A stretch of 64,000 bases of DNA from Gammaproteobacteria bacterium (GTDB lineage Bacteria > Pseudomonadota > Gammaproteobacteria > Ga0077536), in NCBI GenBank assembly GCA_050184115.1, contig JBFXAQ010000014.1, forward strand, positions 30,925-94,924, written 5' to 3'. Under the pieces are notes generated by a model that searched no databases, had not been told where the DNA came from, and saw only the letters and a list, made by a program, of their open reading frames with translations. A program made the position numbers and the translations under genes. Position 1 is the stretch's first letter. Every line of letters begins with the position of its first letter. Of this stretch, positions 26,445 through 35,177 are shown piece by piece.

Positions 26445-26528
26445 AAAATTAAGTGCCGGGCCTTTGCGGCCCGGCGAGGGGAGGTCCCAGTAACAGAATC
26501 GAGGGGAGGTCGAAGGACTGTTATGGTG
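26445..26528 (-). ncRNA. Sibling sRNA 5 of 5
   Basis: -35 TTGCGT, 16-nt spacer, -10 TATACT. Hairpin stem CCAUAACAG/CUGUUACUGG (covarying). Terminator loop has one extra U. Confidence 0.5.
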
Positions 26529-26617
26529 CGACGCAGTATAGCGCTCGATTGCCGCGACGCAACATGCAATCCGAACAACTTTGTTTCCCGGCGGGCAAAC
26601 CGCGGCGTGGCATCCGC

Positions 26618-28405
26618 TCAGGCCGGTTCGCAAGGACGTTCGGTGCGCGCGAAACCGGCCCGTCGCAGCCACAGGGCGTAGTGCTCGCGATCCTCCTCGT
26701 GGCGAAACGGCATGCGCGCGAGGTGGTCGTCGAGATCGAACTCGGGGTAATGCTCCAGATAGCGATCGACGTAGCGTGATGCCTCAGCGGTCTCTCCGAG
26801 CGCGGCATGGATGGCCGCAAACCAGCGGCAGGCCGACACCTGCGGCGTGTGCAGTTCCTTGATCACCGCCGCGGCAGCGACATAGCGCCGGGCGACGAAG
26901 TTGGCCGCGGCGTAGAGACTGCGCGGCCAGTCGCCGAGGAAGGGGTTGATGTCGAAAGCCCGCTCGAGCAATTCCATGGCACGTTCCGGTTCTCCTGCCA
27001 GGGTCAGCGCCTGGGCCAGGAAGGCGTAGCAGTCGGCGTCATTCATGTTGAGCTCGAGCGCGGTCTCGAAACATTCGATGGCCTTGTCGAGATCCTTGCG
27101 GAAGAAATGCACCATGCCGAGACACAGGCGATAGGTGTGGGCCGAAGGATCCAGGTGCGCGGCGCGCTGGGCGTAGTCGAGCGCCTTGTCGAGCGAACCC
27201 TGCGGGTCGCAGGTCCAGTATTCGTTGTAGGCGACTGCGTAGGTCCAGGCGATGCCAGCGTAGGCACGCGGATACTCCGGGTCGACCTGGATCGCCTGCA
27301 GGTAGAGCCCGCGGGCGGCGAGGTTGTCCTCGCGATTGAACTTCAACCACAGCTCGCGCCCGCGCAGGACGAGGTCGTAGGCGGCGACGCTGTGCGCGGC
27401 CTGCTCGCTGCGCGCACGTTTACGCTCGCTGACTTCGAGGCGCCCGACCAGGGTCGAGACGATGCGGCGGGTCAATTCGTCCTGGACGGCGAAGACGTCC
27501 TCGAGGCGACGGTCGAAGCGCTCCGCCCACAGGTGATGGCCGCTGGCCGCCTCGATGAGCTGCGCATTGACCCGCACCCGGTCACCGGCCTTGCGCACGC
27601 TGCCCTCGAGGATGTAGCGCACGTTGAGGTCGCGCCCGATGTCCTGGGCGCGGGGCGCGCGTCCCTTGTAGCTGAAACTCGTGTTGCGCGAGGTGACGAC
27701 GAGATCCTTGAAGCGTGACAGCTCGGTGATGACATCCTCGGTGATGCCGTCGGCGAAGTATTCGTCTTCCGACTGGCCGGTCATGTTGGTGAAGGGCAGC
27801 ACGACGATCGACGGTCGTGCCGGTGGTGCCGCGGCCGGCGCCACTGGCGAGAGCTCCGTCGCGGCACCGTCGACGTCTTCTCCTTCGTCGAGCGCGTAGA
27901 CGCGCACCGGACGCGCGATGTTCTTGACCTCCTGCTCGCCGAGGAAGCGCCAGCGCGTGTCGCCGCGACCGACGACGAAGTCGTGGGCCGGCCCCGACAG
28001 GGTGATCGAGCCCGGCTCGGCGAGCGCTTCCAGGCGCGCGGCAATGTTGACCCCCTCGCCGTAGATGCTGCCGTCGCTCTGCTGCAGGATGTCGCCCAGG
28101 TTGATGCCGATGCGGAAACGCATGCGACGCGGCTCCGGTCGTTCGGCGTTGCGCCGGGCGAGTTCGGCCTGGATGGCGAGGCTGGCATCGAGCGCTTCCA
28201 GCACGCTGTCGAACACCGCCAGGACGCTGTCGCCGGCCGTGTCGACCACCCGCCCGCCATGTTCGGCGGTGAACTCGCGGAACACGTCGCGCGAGGCTTC
28301 AAGCATCGTCACCGTGTCCGCTTCGTCCTCGCCCATCAGCCGCGAATAGCCGGCAACGTCGGCGCTGACGATGGCGGCGAGGCGGCGTCGAGGCTCGGTG
28401 AACAT
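26618..28405 (-). CDS. Class III adenylate/guanylate cyclase fused to TPR-repeat domain
   Basis: N-terminal CHD cyclase domain (AAIVSADVAGYSRLMGEDE...GINLGDIL...GEGVNIAARLE), then a TolB-like linker and C-terminal TPR repeats. Confidence 0.8.
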   Translation of the reverse strand: MFTEPRRRLAAIVSADVAGYSRLMGEDEADTVTMLEASRDVFREFTAEHGGRVVDTAGDSVLAVFDSVLEALDASLAIQAELARRNAERPEPRRMRFRIGINLGDILQQSDGSIYGEGVNIAARLEALAEPGSITLSGPAHDFVVGRGDTRWRFLGEQEVKNIARPVRVYALDEGEDVDGAATELSPVAPAAAPPARPSIVVLPFTNMTGQSEDEYFADGITEDVITELSRFKDLVVTSRNTSFSYKGRAPRAQDIGRDLNVRYILEGSVRKAGDRVRVNAQLIEAASGHHLWAERFDRRLEDVFAVQDELTRRIVSTLVGRLEVSERKRARSEQAAHSVAAYDLVLRGRELWLKFNREDNLAARGLYLQAIQVDPEYPRAYAGIAWTYAVAYNEYWTCDPQGSLDKALDYAQRAAHLDPSAHTYRLCLGMVHFFRKDLDKAIECFETALELNMNDADCYAFLAQALTLAGEPERAMELLERAFDINPFLGDWPRSLYAAANFVARRYVAAAAVIKELHTPQVSACRWFAAIHAALGETAEASRYVDRYLEHYPEFDLDDHLARMPFRHEEDREHYALWLRRAGFARTERPCEPA

Positions 28406-28427
28406 GGCGGAACCGCGCGGTGATCTC

Positions 28428-30692
28428 TCAATCGAGCAACGGCTTGCCGCTGACGAATCGATCGAGCACGTTCTTGGTGATGCGCGAGACGTTGTTCCTG
28501 TAGTTGTCGTGGGCGAGCGAGCCCGGCCAGGCGATCGAACTGGTCGCGAACACGCCGCCGCCGTTGGCGGTCTCGTAGAAGACGAGATCCGCGCGTACGA
28601 GGTCGTTCTCCTGGCCGCCGGTGCCGGGGTAGTTGATCAGCATCTCCTCGCACACCACGAGGTAGATGTCGGTGTGATCCTCCGAGGATGCCAGCAGGTA
28701 GGCATTGGGCGGTGTGCCCAGCGCACGGTCGGCGCGGTCGAGCTCGAGCCCGGCGGCGCCGCCGCCGATGAGGCCGAAGTCGCCGATGCGCTCGTCGGCG
28801 CCGACGCCGTTCATGATCCAGCGCACCTCCTTCCTGAAGCTGTCCGGCTTGCGCACGTAGTACGACGAGATGTCGAAACCCTGGGCGGTGAAGCCGGTGC
28901 CGACAATCTGCTGCGGCGGGCGGCCGTTACGTCGCCACAGTCCGCCGTACTCGCCGGTGAAACCGTGGTAGTACTCGCCCGTGCGCGCCTCCCAGGCGCG
29001 GATGCCGTCTTCGTTGCGCCGCACCTCGATGATGCCGGGCACCTCGCCGTGGTAAGCGATGCGCCAGTACCAGCCGTTGGCGCCCAGGTACATGAAGCGG
29101 CCGCCGCGCTGCTGCCAGGCATGCAGCGCATCCCACATCTGCTTCGAGTGGTATTCGGGATGCGAAGACGACAACACCACGCGGTAGGGCTCGATGGACT
29201 TGAGGCCTTCGTAGTGCAGCTCTTCGTCGGTGATGACGTCGTACTCGTAGCCCATGTTCTCGAGCCAGTTGATGATGTGGGTGTCGGCGTTGAACTGCCA
29301 CAGGGTCGAGCCCTCGCCACCCAGCCACGACTTGTACTTCGGCCGCATGTTGAGGATGGGGCGCAGGCGCGAGGAATGGCACACGCCCGAGCCGTCCGAA
29401 TGCACGTCGTAGCAGCTCGAACCATACTCGCGGTGCACGTTGCGGTAGAGATCCTGCCGCTCGTGCTCGACCAGGCGACCGCCGAGCAGCTGGGCAATCG
29501 GCGCGTCCGTGCCCATGTGCTCGTTGGCGTAGGCCATGTAGCTGGCCGTCGGCAGCACGAAACAGATCTTCGCCGTCGCCTGGCCGCGCGGCGGCAGCAC
29601 CGCGAACGGCACGTAGTCCTCGTCTTCGAGAGCCGCGCCGCAACGCAGGCGCGCGCAGTAGAGACCACTCTTGAGATTCTTCGGCACGGTCAGCGAGACA
29701 TCGACCTGCCAGGCCGCGTCGTAGACGTCGTCGTCGTGGAAGTGGATGGCGCCGTACTCGCGTGGCGCGTGGCGCCAGTTCATCTCCTCGCCGCTCCAGT
29801 TCCAGCCGGTCATGCCGCGCGCCGGCATGTGTACGACGTGCCCGTGCAGCCGGTTGGGTGAAAGATCGGAGACGCGCAAGCCGGTGATGTCGGTACTGAA
29901 GTCCCAGGCGCCGAAGACGTCGTTGGCCAGCGTGCGATCGAGGTTCGGTGCACGCAGGGTTTCCATCTCGGCGCGGTCGAGGGCGCGGGTCGCGATGCGC
30001 GGGCTGTCGATCTTGCCGTTGTAGTGCTGGTCGCACACCGTGCGGCCGGCGTCGAAGCGCTGGAAGCGGGCGGCGAGGGTGACGGGGCCATCGTGGCCGC
30101 CGAGGCGGGCTGTCTTCGCCGTGGCGCGGACGAGCGCCGCGTCGCGCGTGCCGACATGGGTGTGCAGGGGTTCCTGGATCAGCACCACTTTCTTTGTCCG
30201 GGCATCGAAGCTCGCGGCGATGAAATACCACTCGTGGGCGAGCAGGGCACGCCCGGTGGTGAAGGTTTCGCTGCGGCCGCGGGCGCCACCGAGGGTGAGC
30301 GAGATGCCGCCGTTGTCGGCGGCGATGCCGAGCACTGCGCCACCGCCCTGGCGACCTGCCCAATGGCTGATCAGCGCCTGCGCGCCGCGTTCTGGAGTAG
30401 TTGGCCAGATGAAGGCTTGCAGCGTGAAGCTGTCGAGTGCCGGCATGTTGTCGGCGCGCGGGATCTCGACGAACGAGCCGGCGTGAATCACCTGCTTGCG
30501 GCCCTTGTAGGTGCCGTTGGCCGGCGTGCGCACGACGCGTTCCTGGTACCCCGGGCCGTCCGGATTCATGTCGCCGCAGATCAGGCGCACGAAGTCGGCG
30601 CGAAATTCCCTCGCATCGCAGTTGACCATGAAGTTGATGGTTTCACCGGGCGCCACGCTGACGCGGTCGGCATAGGCAGTGATCTTCATCAT
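28428..30692 (-). CDS. dmfA2: N,N-dimethylformamidase large (beta) subunit
   Basis: ~755 aa. Start MMKITAYADRVSVAPGE with strong RBS GGGGGGAGGAAACAG. Sequence resembles the DMFase large subunit of Paracoccus/Methylobacterium/Alcaligenes type. Confidence 0.65.
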   Translation of the reverse strand: MMKITAYADRVSVAPGETINFMVNCDAREFRADFVRLICGDMNPDGPGYQERVVRTPANGTYKGRKQVIHAGSFVEIPRADNMPALDSFTLQAFIWPTTPERGAQALISHWAGRQGGGAVLGIAADNGGISLTLGGARGRSETFTTGRALLAHEWYFIAASFDARTKKVVLIQEPLHTHVGTRDAALVRATAKTARLGGHDGPVTLAARFQRFDAGRTVCDQHYNGKIDSPRIATRALDRAEMETLRAPNLDRTLANDVFGAWDFSTDITGLRVSDLSPNRLHGHVVHMPARGMTGWNWSGEEMNWRHAPREYGAIHFHDDDVYDAAWQVDVSLTVPKNLKSGLYCARLRCGAALEDEDYVPFAVLPPRGQATAKICFVLPTASYMAYANEHMGTDAPIAQLLGGRLVEHERQDLYRNVHREYGSSCYDVHSDGSGVCHSSRLRPILNMRPKYKSWLGGEGSTLWQFNADTHIINWLENMGYEYDVITDEELHYEGLKSIEPYRVVLSSSHPEYHSKQMWDALHAWQQRGGRFMYLGANGWYWRIAYHGEVPGIIEVRRNEDGIRAWEARTGEYYHGFTGEYGGLWRRNGRPPQQIVGTGFTAQGFDISSYYVRKPDSFRKEVRWIMNGVGADERIGDFGLIGGGAAGLELDRADRALGTPPNAYLLASSEDHTDIYLVVCEEMLINYPGTGGQENDLVRADLVFYETANGGGVFATSSIAWPGSLAHDNYRNNVSRITKNVLDRFVSGKPLLD

Positions 30693-30726
30693 TGTTCTGT
30701 TTCCTCCCCCCAGATCGTACGTCGGC

Positions 30727-31053
30727 TCAGGCGCGCAAGGTTTCACCCGTCAGCGCCTTCCAGCGCTGGCGGAAGACGTACCACTCGGCCTCGGTCTGGC
30801 TGGTGAAACGCCGGTTGAGCAGCTTGACCGGTTCGCCGGGTTTGCCGGTGGTCCGGGCGAGCTGCCATTCACGGTTGGGCTTGATCACCACCAGGCAGTA
30901 CTTGTCTGCCATGGGCGCACCGCGCATGCGCGTGAGCAGGCGCTGCAGGTCCGGACTGTGGTGTCCGATCGGGTTGTGCTTGAATTCCTCGATGAGGCGG
31001 CGGTCGTCCGCCTGCGGCCGGTAGTTCTCGTGCGCTTCTTTGAGTTCTGCCAT
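30727..31053 (-). CDS. dmfA1: N,N-dimethylformamidase small (alpha) subunit
   Basis: 108-aa MAELKEAHENYRPQADDRRLIEEFKHNP... ORF 34 nt upstream of the large subunit, with GGGGAGGA RBS. Trimmed from ORF 30727..31239. Confidence 0.6.
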   Translation of the reverse strand: MAELKEAHENYRPQADDRRLIEEFKHNPIGHHSPDLQRLLTRMRGAPMADKYCLVVIKPNREWQLARTTGKPGEPVKLLNRRFTSQTEAEWYVFRQRWKALTGETLRA

Positions 31054-31150
31054 GGCTTGTCCTCCCCGCGTGCCAGTGGATTGAACGCGAGCGGGGAGTA
31101 TAGCGCCGAACCCGGCGTGCCCCGTGACGGCGATGTCCCGCCCCGGCGCG

Positions 31151-32014
31151 TCAGAACGGGGTGCCGTGACGGGCCGCGTAGTCGCCGTAGGCCGGCGTGA
31201 GCCGCGCCAGGGCCGGGCGGTCGGCGCCGCCGATGGCACGGTCGTCGAGGCTGGCGATACCGATCAGCCCGGCGCCGCTGCCGCACAGGAAGGCTTCGTC
31301 CGCGCCGACGAGATCATAGGCGGTGAGCGGGCGTTCGCAGGCGCGGCCGCCGCCGGCCTGCCAGCATTCGAGCACGGTGGCCCGCGTGATACCGGGCAAC
31401 GCACCTTCGCTGGTCGGCGGCGTGACCAGGGTGTCGTCGATGACGGCGAAGACGTTCGCGCCGCTGGCCTCGGCGATGCGCGCCTCGGCGTTCAGCAGCA
31501 GGGCTTCGTCGTAGCCGCGCAGTCGCGCTTCGCGCTTGGCCAGCACGTTGTTGAGGTAGTTGAGACTCTTGACCTGGGGATCGAGCATGTCCGCCCGTGG
31601 CCGGCGCTGGCTGGCGGTGGCGAGACGCAGGCCACGCGCCCTCACCTCGTCGGGAAACATGCGGATATCGGCGACGATGCAGTAGAGCTCGGGCTCGTGG
31701 CAATCGGTCGGGTCGAGCGTGAGCGCGCCGACGCCGCGGGTGACGAGCAGGCGGACGTAGGCTTCGGCCGCGCCGTGGGCGCGCGCCGTTGCGCACACCA
31801 CCGCGGCCAACGCGGACCCGGCGAGCGGCAGGTCGAGGCCGATGGCGCGTGCGGAGCGCGCGAGGCGCGCGAGGTGGGCGTCGAGGCGGAACACCCGTCC
31901 GCCGGTGATGCGGATGCCCTCGAACACGCCGTCGCCGTAGAGCAGGCCGTGATCGAGCAGGGGCACGCGGCAGTCGCGCGCATCGCCGATGTGTCCACGA
32001 TGCCAGACCTTCAT
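31151..32014 (-). CDS. Class IV aminotransferase (branched-chain amino acid / D-amino-acid aminotransferase family)
   Basis: MKVWHRGHI...LLDHGLLYGDGVFEGIR...EAFLCGSGAGLIGIASLD is the IlvE/DAAT fold. RBS GGAAGGAGAG. Start overlaps the IclR stop (ATGA). Confidence 0.75.
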   Translation of the reverse strand: MKVWHRGHIGDARDCRVPLLDHGLLYGDGVFEGIRITGGRVFRLDAHLARLARSARAIGLDLPLAGSALAAVVCATARAHGAAEAYVRLLVTRGVGALTLDPTDCHEPELYCIVADIRMFPDEVRARGLRLATASQRRPRADMLDPQVKSLNYLNNVLAKREARLRGYDEALLLNAEARIAEASGANVFAVIDDTLVTPPTSEGALPGITRATVLECWQAGGGRACERPLTAYDLVGADEAFLCGSGAGLIGIASLDDRAIGGADRPALARLTPAYGDYAARHGTPF

Positions 32015-32742
32015 GTCGTCTCTCCTTCCAGTCGTAGAGCGATGCCTTCGGCGGCGTGGCGCACGCGGCGCACCGCGGCTGCTGTGCCGAGGGCGTGAAA
32101 ACGGGCGGCGACCATGGCCAGCGCGACGCAGCCTTCGAGCCGGCCCGCGACCTGCACCGGCGCCGCCGCGACGCACAGGCCGGCCTGCCATTCCTCGTCG
32201 TTGACGGCCCAGCCGCGGTTGCGCGCCTCGTCGACGGCCGCGTTGAGCGCGGCCCGGCTGCGCAGTGTCGCCGGGGTGTAACGCGGCAAGGTGTCGAGTT
32301 CGACAGTGGCTGGCGCAAGAGCGAGGTAGAGCTTGCCGACCGCCGTCGCATGCACCGGCACGTGCGAACCGAGCCGCGGCGCGGCCCGCAGGAAGCCGTC
32401 GCCCTCGGCCTTGGCCAGCACCACCAGGCGTGCGCCACGGGCGACGACGAGGAAGAAGGTCTCGCCGAGTTCGTGGGCGGCGGCTTCGAGCACCGGCTGC
32501 GCGGCATGGGCGACGGGTTCACGTCGCGCGCAGGCCAGCCCCAGGGTCATCAGCCCGAGGCCGGCCTGGTAGCGCCCCTCGGCGTCGCGCTCGACCAGGC
32601 CGCGCGCAACCAACGGCGCGAGGATGCGATGGGCGCTCGAACGCGGCATGTCGAGGCTGCGCGCGATGTCGGCCAGGCGCAGCGCCTGCCCGGCCTGACC
32701 GAGCAGGAAGAGGGCGTCGAGGGCCTTGTCGATGGTTGTCAT
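32011..32742 (-). CDS. IclR-family transcriptional regulator
   Basis: N-terminal wHTH (LRLADIARSLDMPRSSAHRILAPLVARGLVERD) plus IclR effector domain. Translationally coupled to the aminotransferase. Confidence 0.85.
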   Translation of the reverse strand: MTTIDKALDALFLLGQAGQALRLADIARSLDMPRSSAHRILAPLVARGLVERDAEGRYQAGLGLMTLGLACARREPVAHAAQPVLEAAAHELGETFFLVVARGARLVVLAKAEGDGFLRAAPRLGSHVPVHATAVGKLYLALAPATVELDTLPRYTPATLRSRAALNAAVDEARNRGWAVNDEEWQAGLCVAAAPVQVAGRLEGCVALAMVAARFHALGTAAAVRRVRHAAEGIALRLEGETT

Positions 32743-32754
32743 GATGTTCCGTAT

Positions 32755-32786
32755 TTCAGAACAGTGTTCTTGAATTCAGAACAAGG
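32755..32786. promoter_or_regulatory. Candidate IclR operator: TTCAGAACA direct repeat containing a 13-bp palindrome AGAACAgTGTTCT
   Basis: ttcagaacagtgttcttgaattcagaacaagg lies in the divergent iclR / methyltransferase intergenic region. Local GC is low. Confidence 0.4.
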
Positions 32787-32967
32787 ATTCGCATCTTCGC
32801 TTGCCGTCGTCAAGCCTGCCGCGATTCCTCCAAGAAATCCGGGGACGAGGCGAGCGCGGAGCCGTCCCCGCCGCCGCCCCTGTCGTCCACGGCCTGCACC
32901 GGCCGTTCCGCCATGTGGTACAAGGCGGCATCCGTTACACGTCGACAGTCGAGGAGGGGATCGAAGC

Positions 32968-34023
32968 ATGGACAAGGCGCGCATGAAGGCGATGGCCGAC
33001 CGCGTGTTCCGCGATGTCGCCGGGGGCATGGCGGCGGGACTGGCCTGGCTCGGCTGCGAGACCGGGCTGTTCCGCGTGCTGGACGAGCGTGGGCCGCTCG
33101 GCTTTGCGGCGCTGGCGGAGGCCAGCGGACTGGTGCCGCGTTACGTCGAGGAGTGGGCGCGCGGCATGGTCGCCGCCGGTTACCTCGACTACGACCCGGC
33201 CGCACAGACCGTCAGCCTGCCGGCGGAGCACGCCTGGTTGCTGGCTTCCGACGGCACCGATCACTACATGGGCGGCCTGTTCGGCATGGTGCCGCCCTTG
33301 ATGGCCGTGGCGCCGCGTATCCGCGCGGCGTTCCGCGAAGGTGGCGGCGTGCCCTTCGCCGATTTCCCGCCGGAGTGCCGTCACGCCATCGATCTCATGA
33401 ACCGCGGCAACTACGAACACCGCCTGGCGAGTTATTGGCTGCAGCAGCTGCCGGACACGGTGGCACGGCTCGAAGCGGGCGGTCGCGTGCTCGATCTCGG
33501 GTGCGGCAACGGCCAGGTGGTGGTGGCGCTGGCGCGGGCGTTCCCGAACAGCACCATCGTCGGCGTCGATCCGGACGCGGCCTCCATCGCCGCGGCACGC
33601 GCGGCTGTCGCCGCGGCCGGCGTCGCCGCCAATAGCGAACTCGTGCAGGCGACGCTCGACGCCGTGCCGCTAGAACCCGCCTTCGATCTCGTCACCGCCT
33701 GCGATTGCCTGCACGACCTGCCCGACCCGGTCGGTGTGCTGCGCGACGTGCGCGCCCACCTTGCCCCGCATGGTGTGCTGCTCGCCATCGAGCCACGCGT
33801 GGCGGACCGCTTGGAGGACAACGTCAATCCGCTGGCCGCGATGTTCTACGGCTTCAGCGTCTTTCACTGCACGACCCAGTCGATGGCGCACGACGGTGCA
33901 GCGCTCGGTGCCTGCATGGGGCCCACGCGCACCCGGGCGTTGTTCCGCGAAGCCGGCTTCTCGCGTGTCGAGGAGGTTGACGTCAGGAGCCCGGTGAATC
34001 TCTTCTACGCGGTCTACGCCTGA
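32968..34023 (+). CDS. Class I SAM-dependent methyltransferase (O-methyltransferase-like with N-terminal dimerisation/wHTH domain)
   Basis: LDLGCGNGQVVVALARAFP (motif I GxGxG) and acidic motif II. RBS GAGGAGGGGA before ATG 32968. Trimmed from ORF 32056..34023. Confidence 0.75.
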   Translation: MDKARMKAMADRVFRDVAGGMAAGLAWLGCETGLFRVLDERGPLGFAALAEASGLVPRYVEEWARGMVAAGYLDYDPAAQTVSLPAEHAWLLASDGTDHYMGGLFGMVPPLMAVAPRIRAAFREGGGVPFADFPPECRHAIDLMNRGNYEHRLASYWLQQLPDTVARLEAGGRVLDLGCGNGQVVVALARAFPNSTIVGVDPDAASIAAARAAVAAAGVAANSELVQATLDAVPLEPAFDLVTACDCLHDLPDPVGVLRDVRAHLAPHGVLLAIEPRVADRLEDNVNPLAAMFYGFSVFHCTTQSMAHDGAALGACMGPTRTRALFREAGFSRVEEVDVRSPVNLFYAVYA

Positions 34024-34047
34024 AACACGCACGGGGTCGCGAACGGA

Positions 34048-34854
34048 TCATTTCTTCAGCTGGTCTTCGCGGCTCTTCATCGGGAAGTGCATGGCGAAGG
34101 GGCGCGGCCAGGCGGAGGGCAGGTCGACCAGCGTGCCGCCCGTCGACACCGTCTCGGCGAGTTCGAGGGCGGCAGCGAGCACGGCGCGCTGACCGTCGGC
34201 GTCGTTGGGTGCGCCGAGCGCGTTGCCCATGGGGTGGTTGACGAAAGCCGTGCGCGGCGCGCGCACGTTCCACGACAGGTCGCGACCGGTCGAGAGCAGG
34301 GTGGTGACGATGCCGTGCTCCTCGACCACGCGCGCGACGAGGCCGGCGGTCTGGTGATCGAGCGGGCAGGCCGGGATCAGCACCAGCACGTCGACACCGT
34401 CGGCGGCGAGCTCGCGCGCGAAGGCCGGCGCGGCGATCTCGCACACCTCGTTGCGGATGTAGATGCGGCCCATGAAGCCACTCCACAGCCGTGATGCGAC
34501 ACTGCCGATGAACCCGCTCGCGGCCAGCTCGTGCAGGCGCGTGAGCGGGAACTGGCAGTTGATGTCGCGGCTGGCGTCGCGGTGATCGTAGTAGTTGTCG
34601 TGGATCTGGAAACCGTCGGCGGGAGTGTCGGCCGGGATGGCATCGAGGCGCAGGTCGTTGCGCGCATTGGCGTCGAAGGGCGCCGCAGTGGCGAGCGAGA
34701 TGCCGCCGGTGGTGAGCAGCGACACGCGGCATTCCGCCAGGGGCTTCGCCAGGCGCGCAAGCGGGGCGCTGTCGTTGACGGTCCAGTCATAGGGCGGAAA
34801 GCCGAGTGACTGGTAGCGTGCATTGAGCTCGTCGACGTAGGCGAGTGGTTGCAT
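34048..34854 (-). CDS. Conserved hypothetical protein (possibly GrdB/PrdB-reductase-related fold)
   Basis: 268 aa from MQPLAYVDELNARYQ. No firm family. The GrdB/PrdB suggestion is a weak recollection. Confidence 0.35.
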   Translation of the reverse strand: MQPLAYVDELNARYQSLGFPPYDWTVNDSAPLARLAKPLAECRVSLLTTGGISLATAAPFDANARNDLRLDAIPADTPADGFQIHDNYYDHRDASRDINCQFPLTRLHELAASGFIGSVASRLWSGFMGRIYIRNEVCEIAAPAFARELAADGVDVLVLIPACPLDHQTAGLVARVVEEHGIVTTLLSTGRDLSWNVRAPRTAFVNHPMGNALGAPNDADGQRAVLAAALELAETVSTGGTLVDLPSAWPRPFAMHFPMKSREDQLKK

Positions 34855-35039
34855 GACGATCTTCCCGTGAACGACCACGCGCGGACGCACGTGCGGCCTG
34901 CGCAGGTTAATCAATTCACCGTGGACCTGTCATGGTGCGGCGGATCGCGTGGGTGAGCGCGAATGGCGCTCCGGGATAGCGGACCAGCGGCGCGGACCGT
35001 GCGTCGAGGGCGCCGCAGCGCCCTCGACGATGGCTCACG

Positions 35040-35177
35040 TCACTTCTTGACGCATTGCGCCTTGGTGGTGTCCCACTTCTGATCGGACTTGCAGTGGTGC
35101 GTGTCGGCGGCCATGGACGCGAAACTGGCCAGCAAGAGCGCGGAAGCGAGCAGGGTCGAGAGTGTCTTGGTCTTCAT
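35040..35177 (-). CDS. Unannotated small secreted peptide (45 aa: signal peptide plus 22-aa Cys/His/Lys-rich mature peptide)
   Basis: Not in the ORF track. GAGGAG RBS, ATG, MKTKTLSTLLASALLLASFASMA|ADTHHCKSDQKWDTTKAQCVKK, then stop. Sits downstream of trkH on the same strand. Confidence 0.45.
   Translation of the reverse strand: MKTKTLSTLLASALLLASFASMAADTHHCKSDQKWDTTKAQCVKK

Noticed and set aside
25478-26528. CRISPR array or integron attC cassette array as the explanation for the 5 spaced repeats
   Set aside because: Repeat units are ~75 nt and spaced 190-270 bp, which does not fit 24-47-nt repeats with 26-72-nt spacers. No cas or intI genes are nearby. No R''/L''-L'/R' attC core sites are present. 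Each unit instead has its own promoter, hairpins with covariation and a terminator, so sRNA genes fit better.
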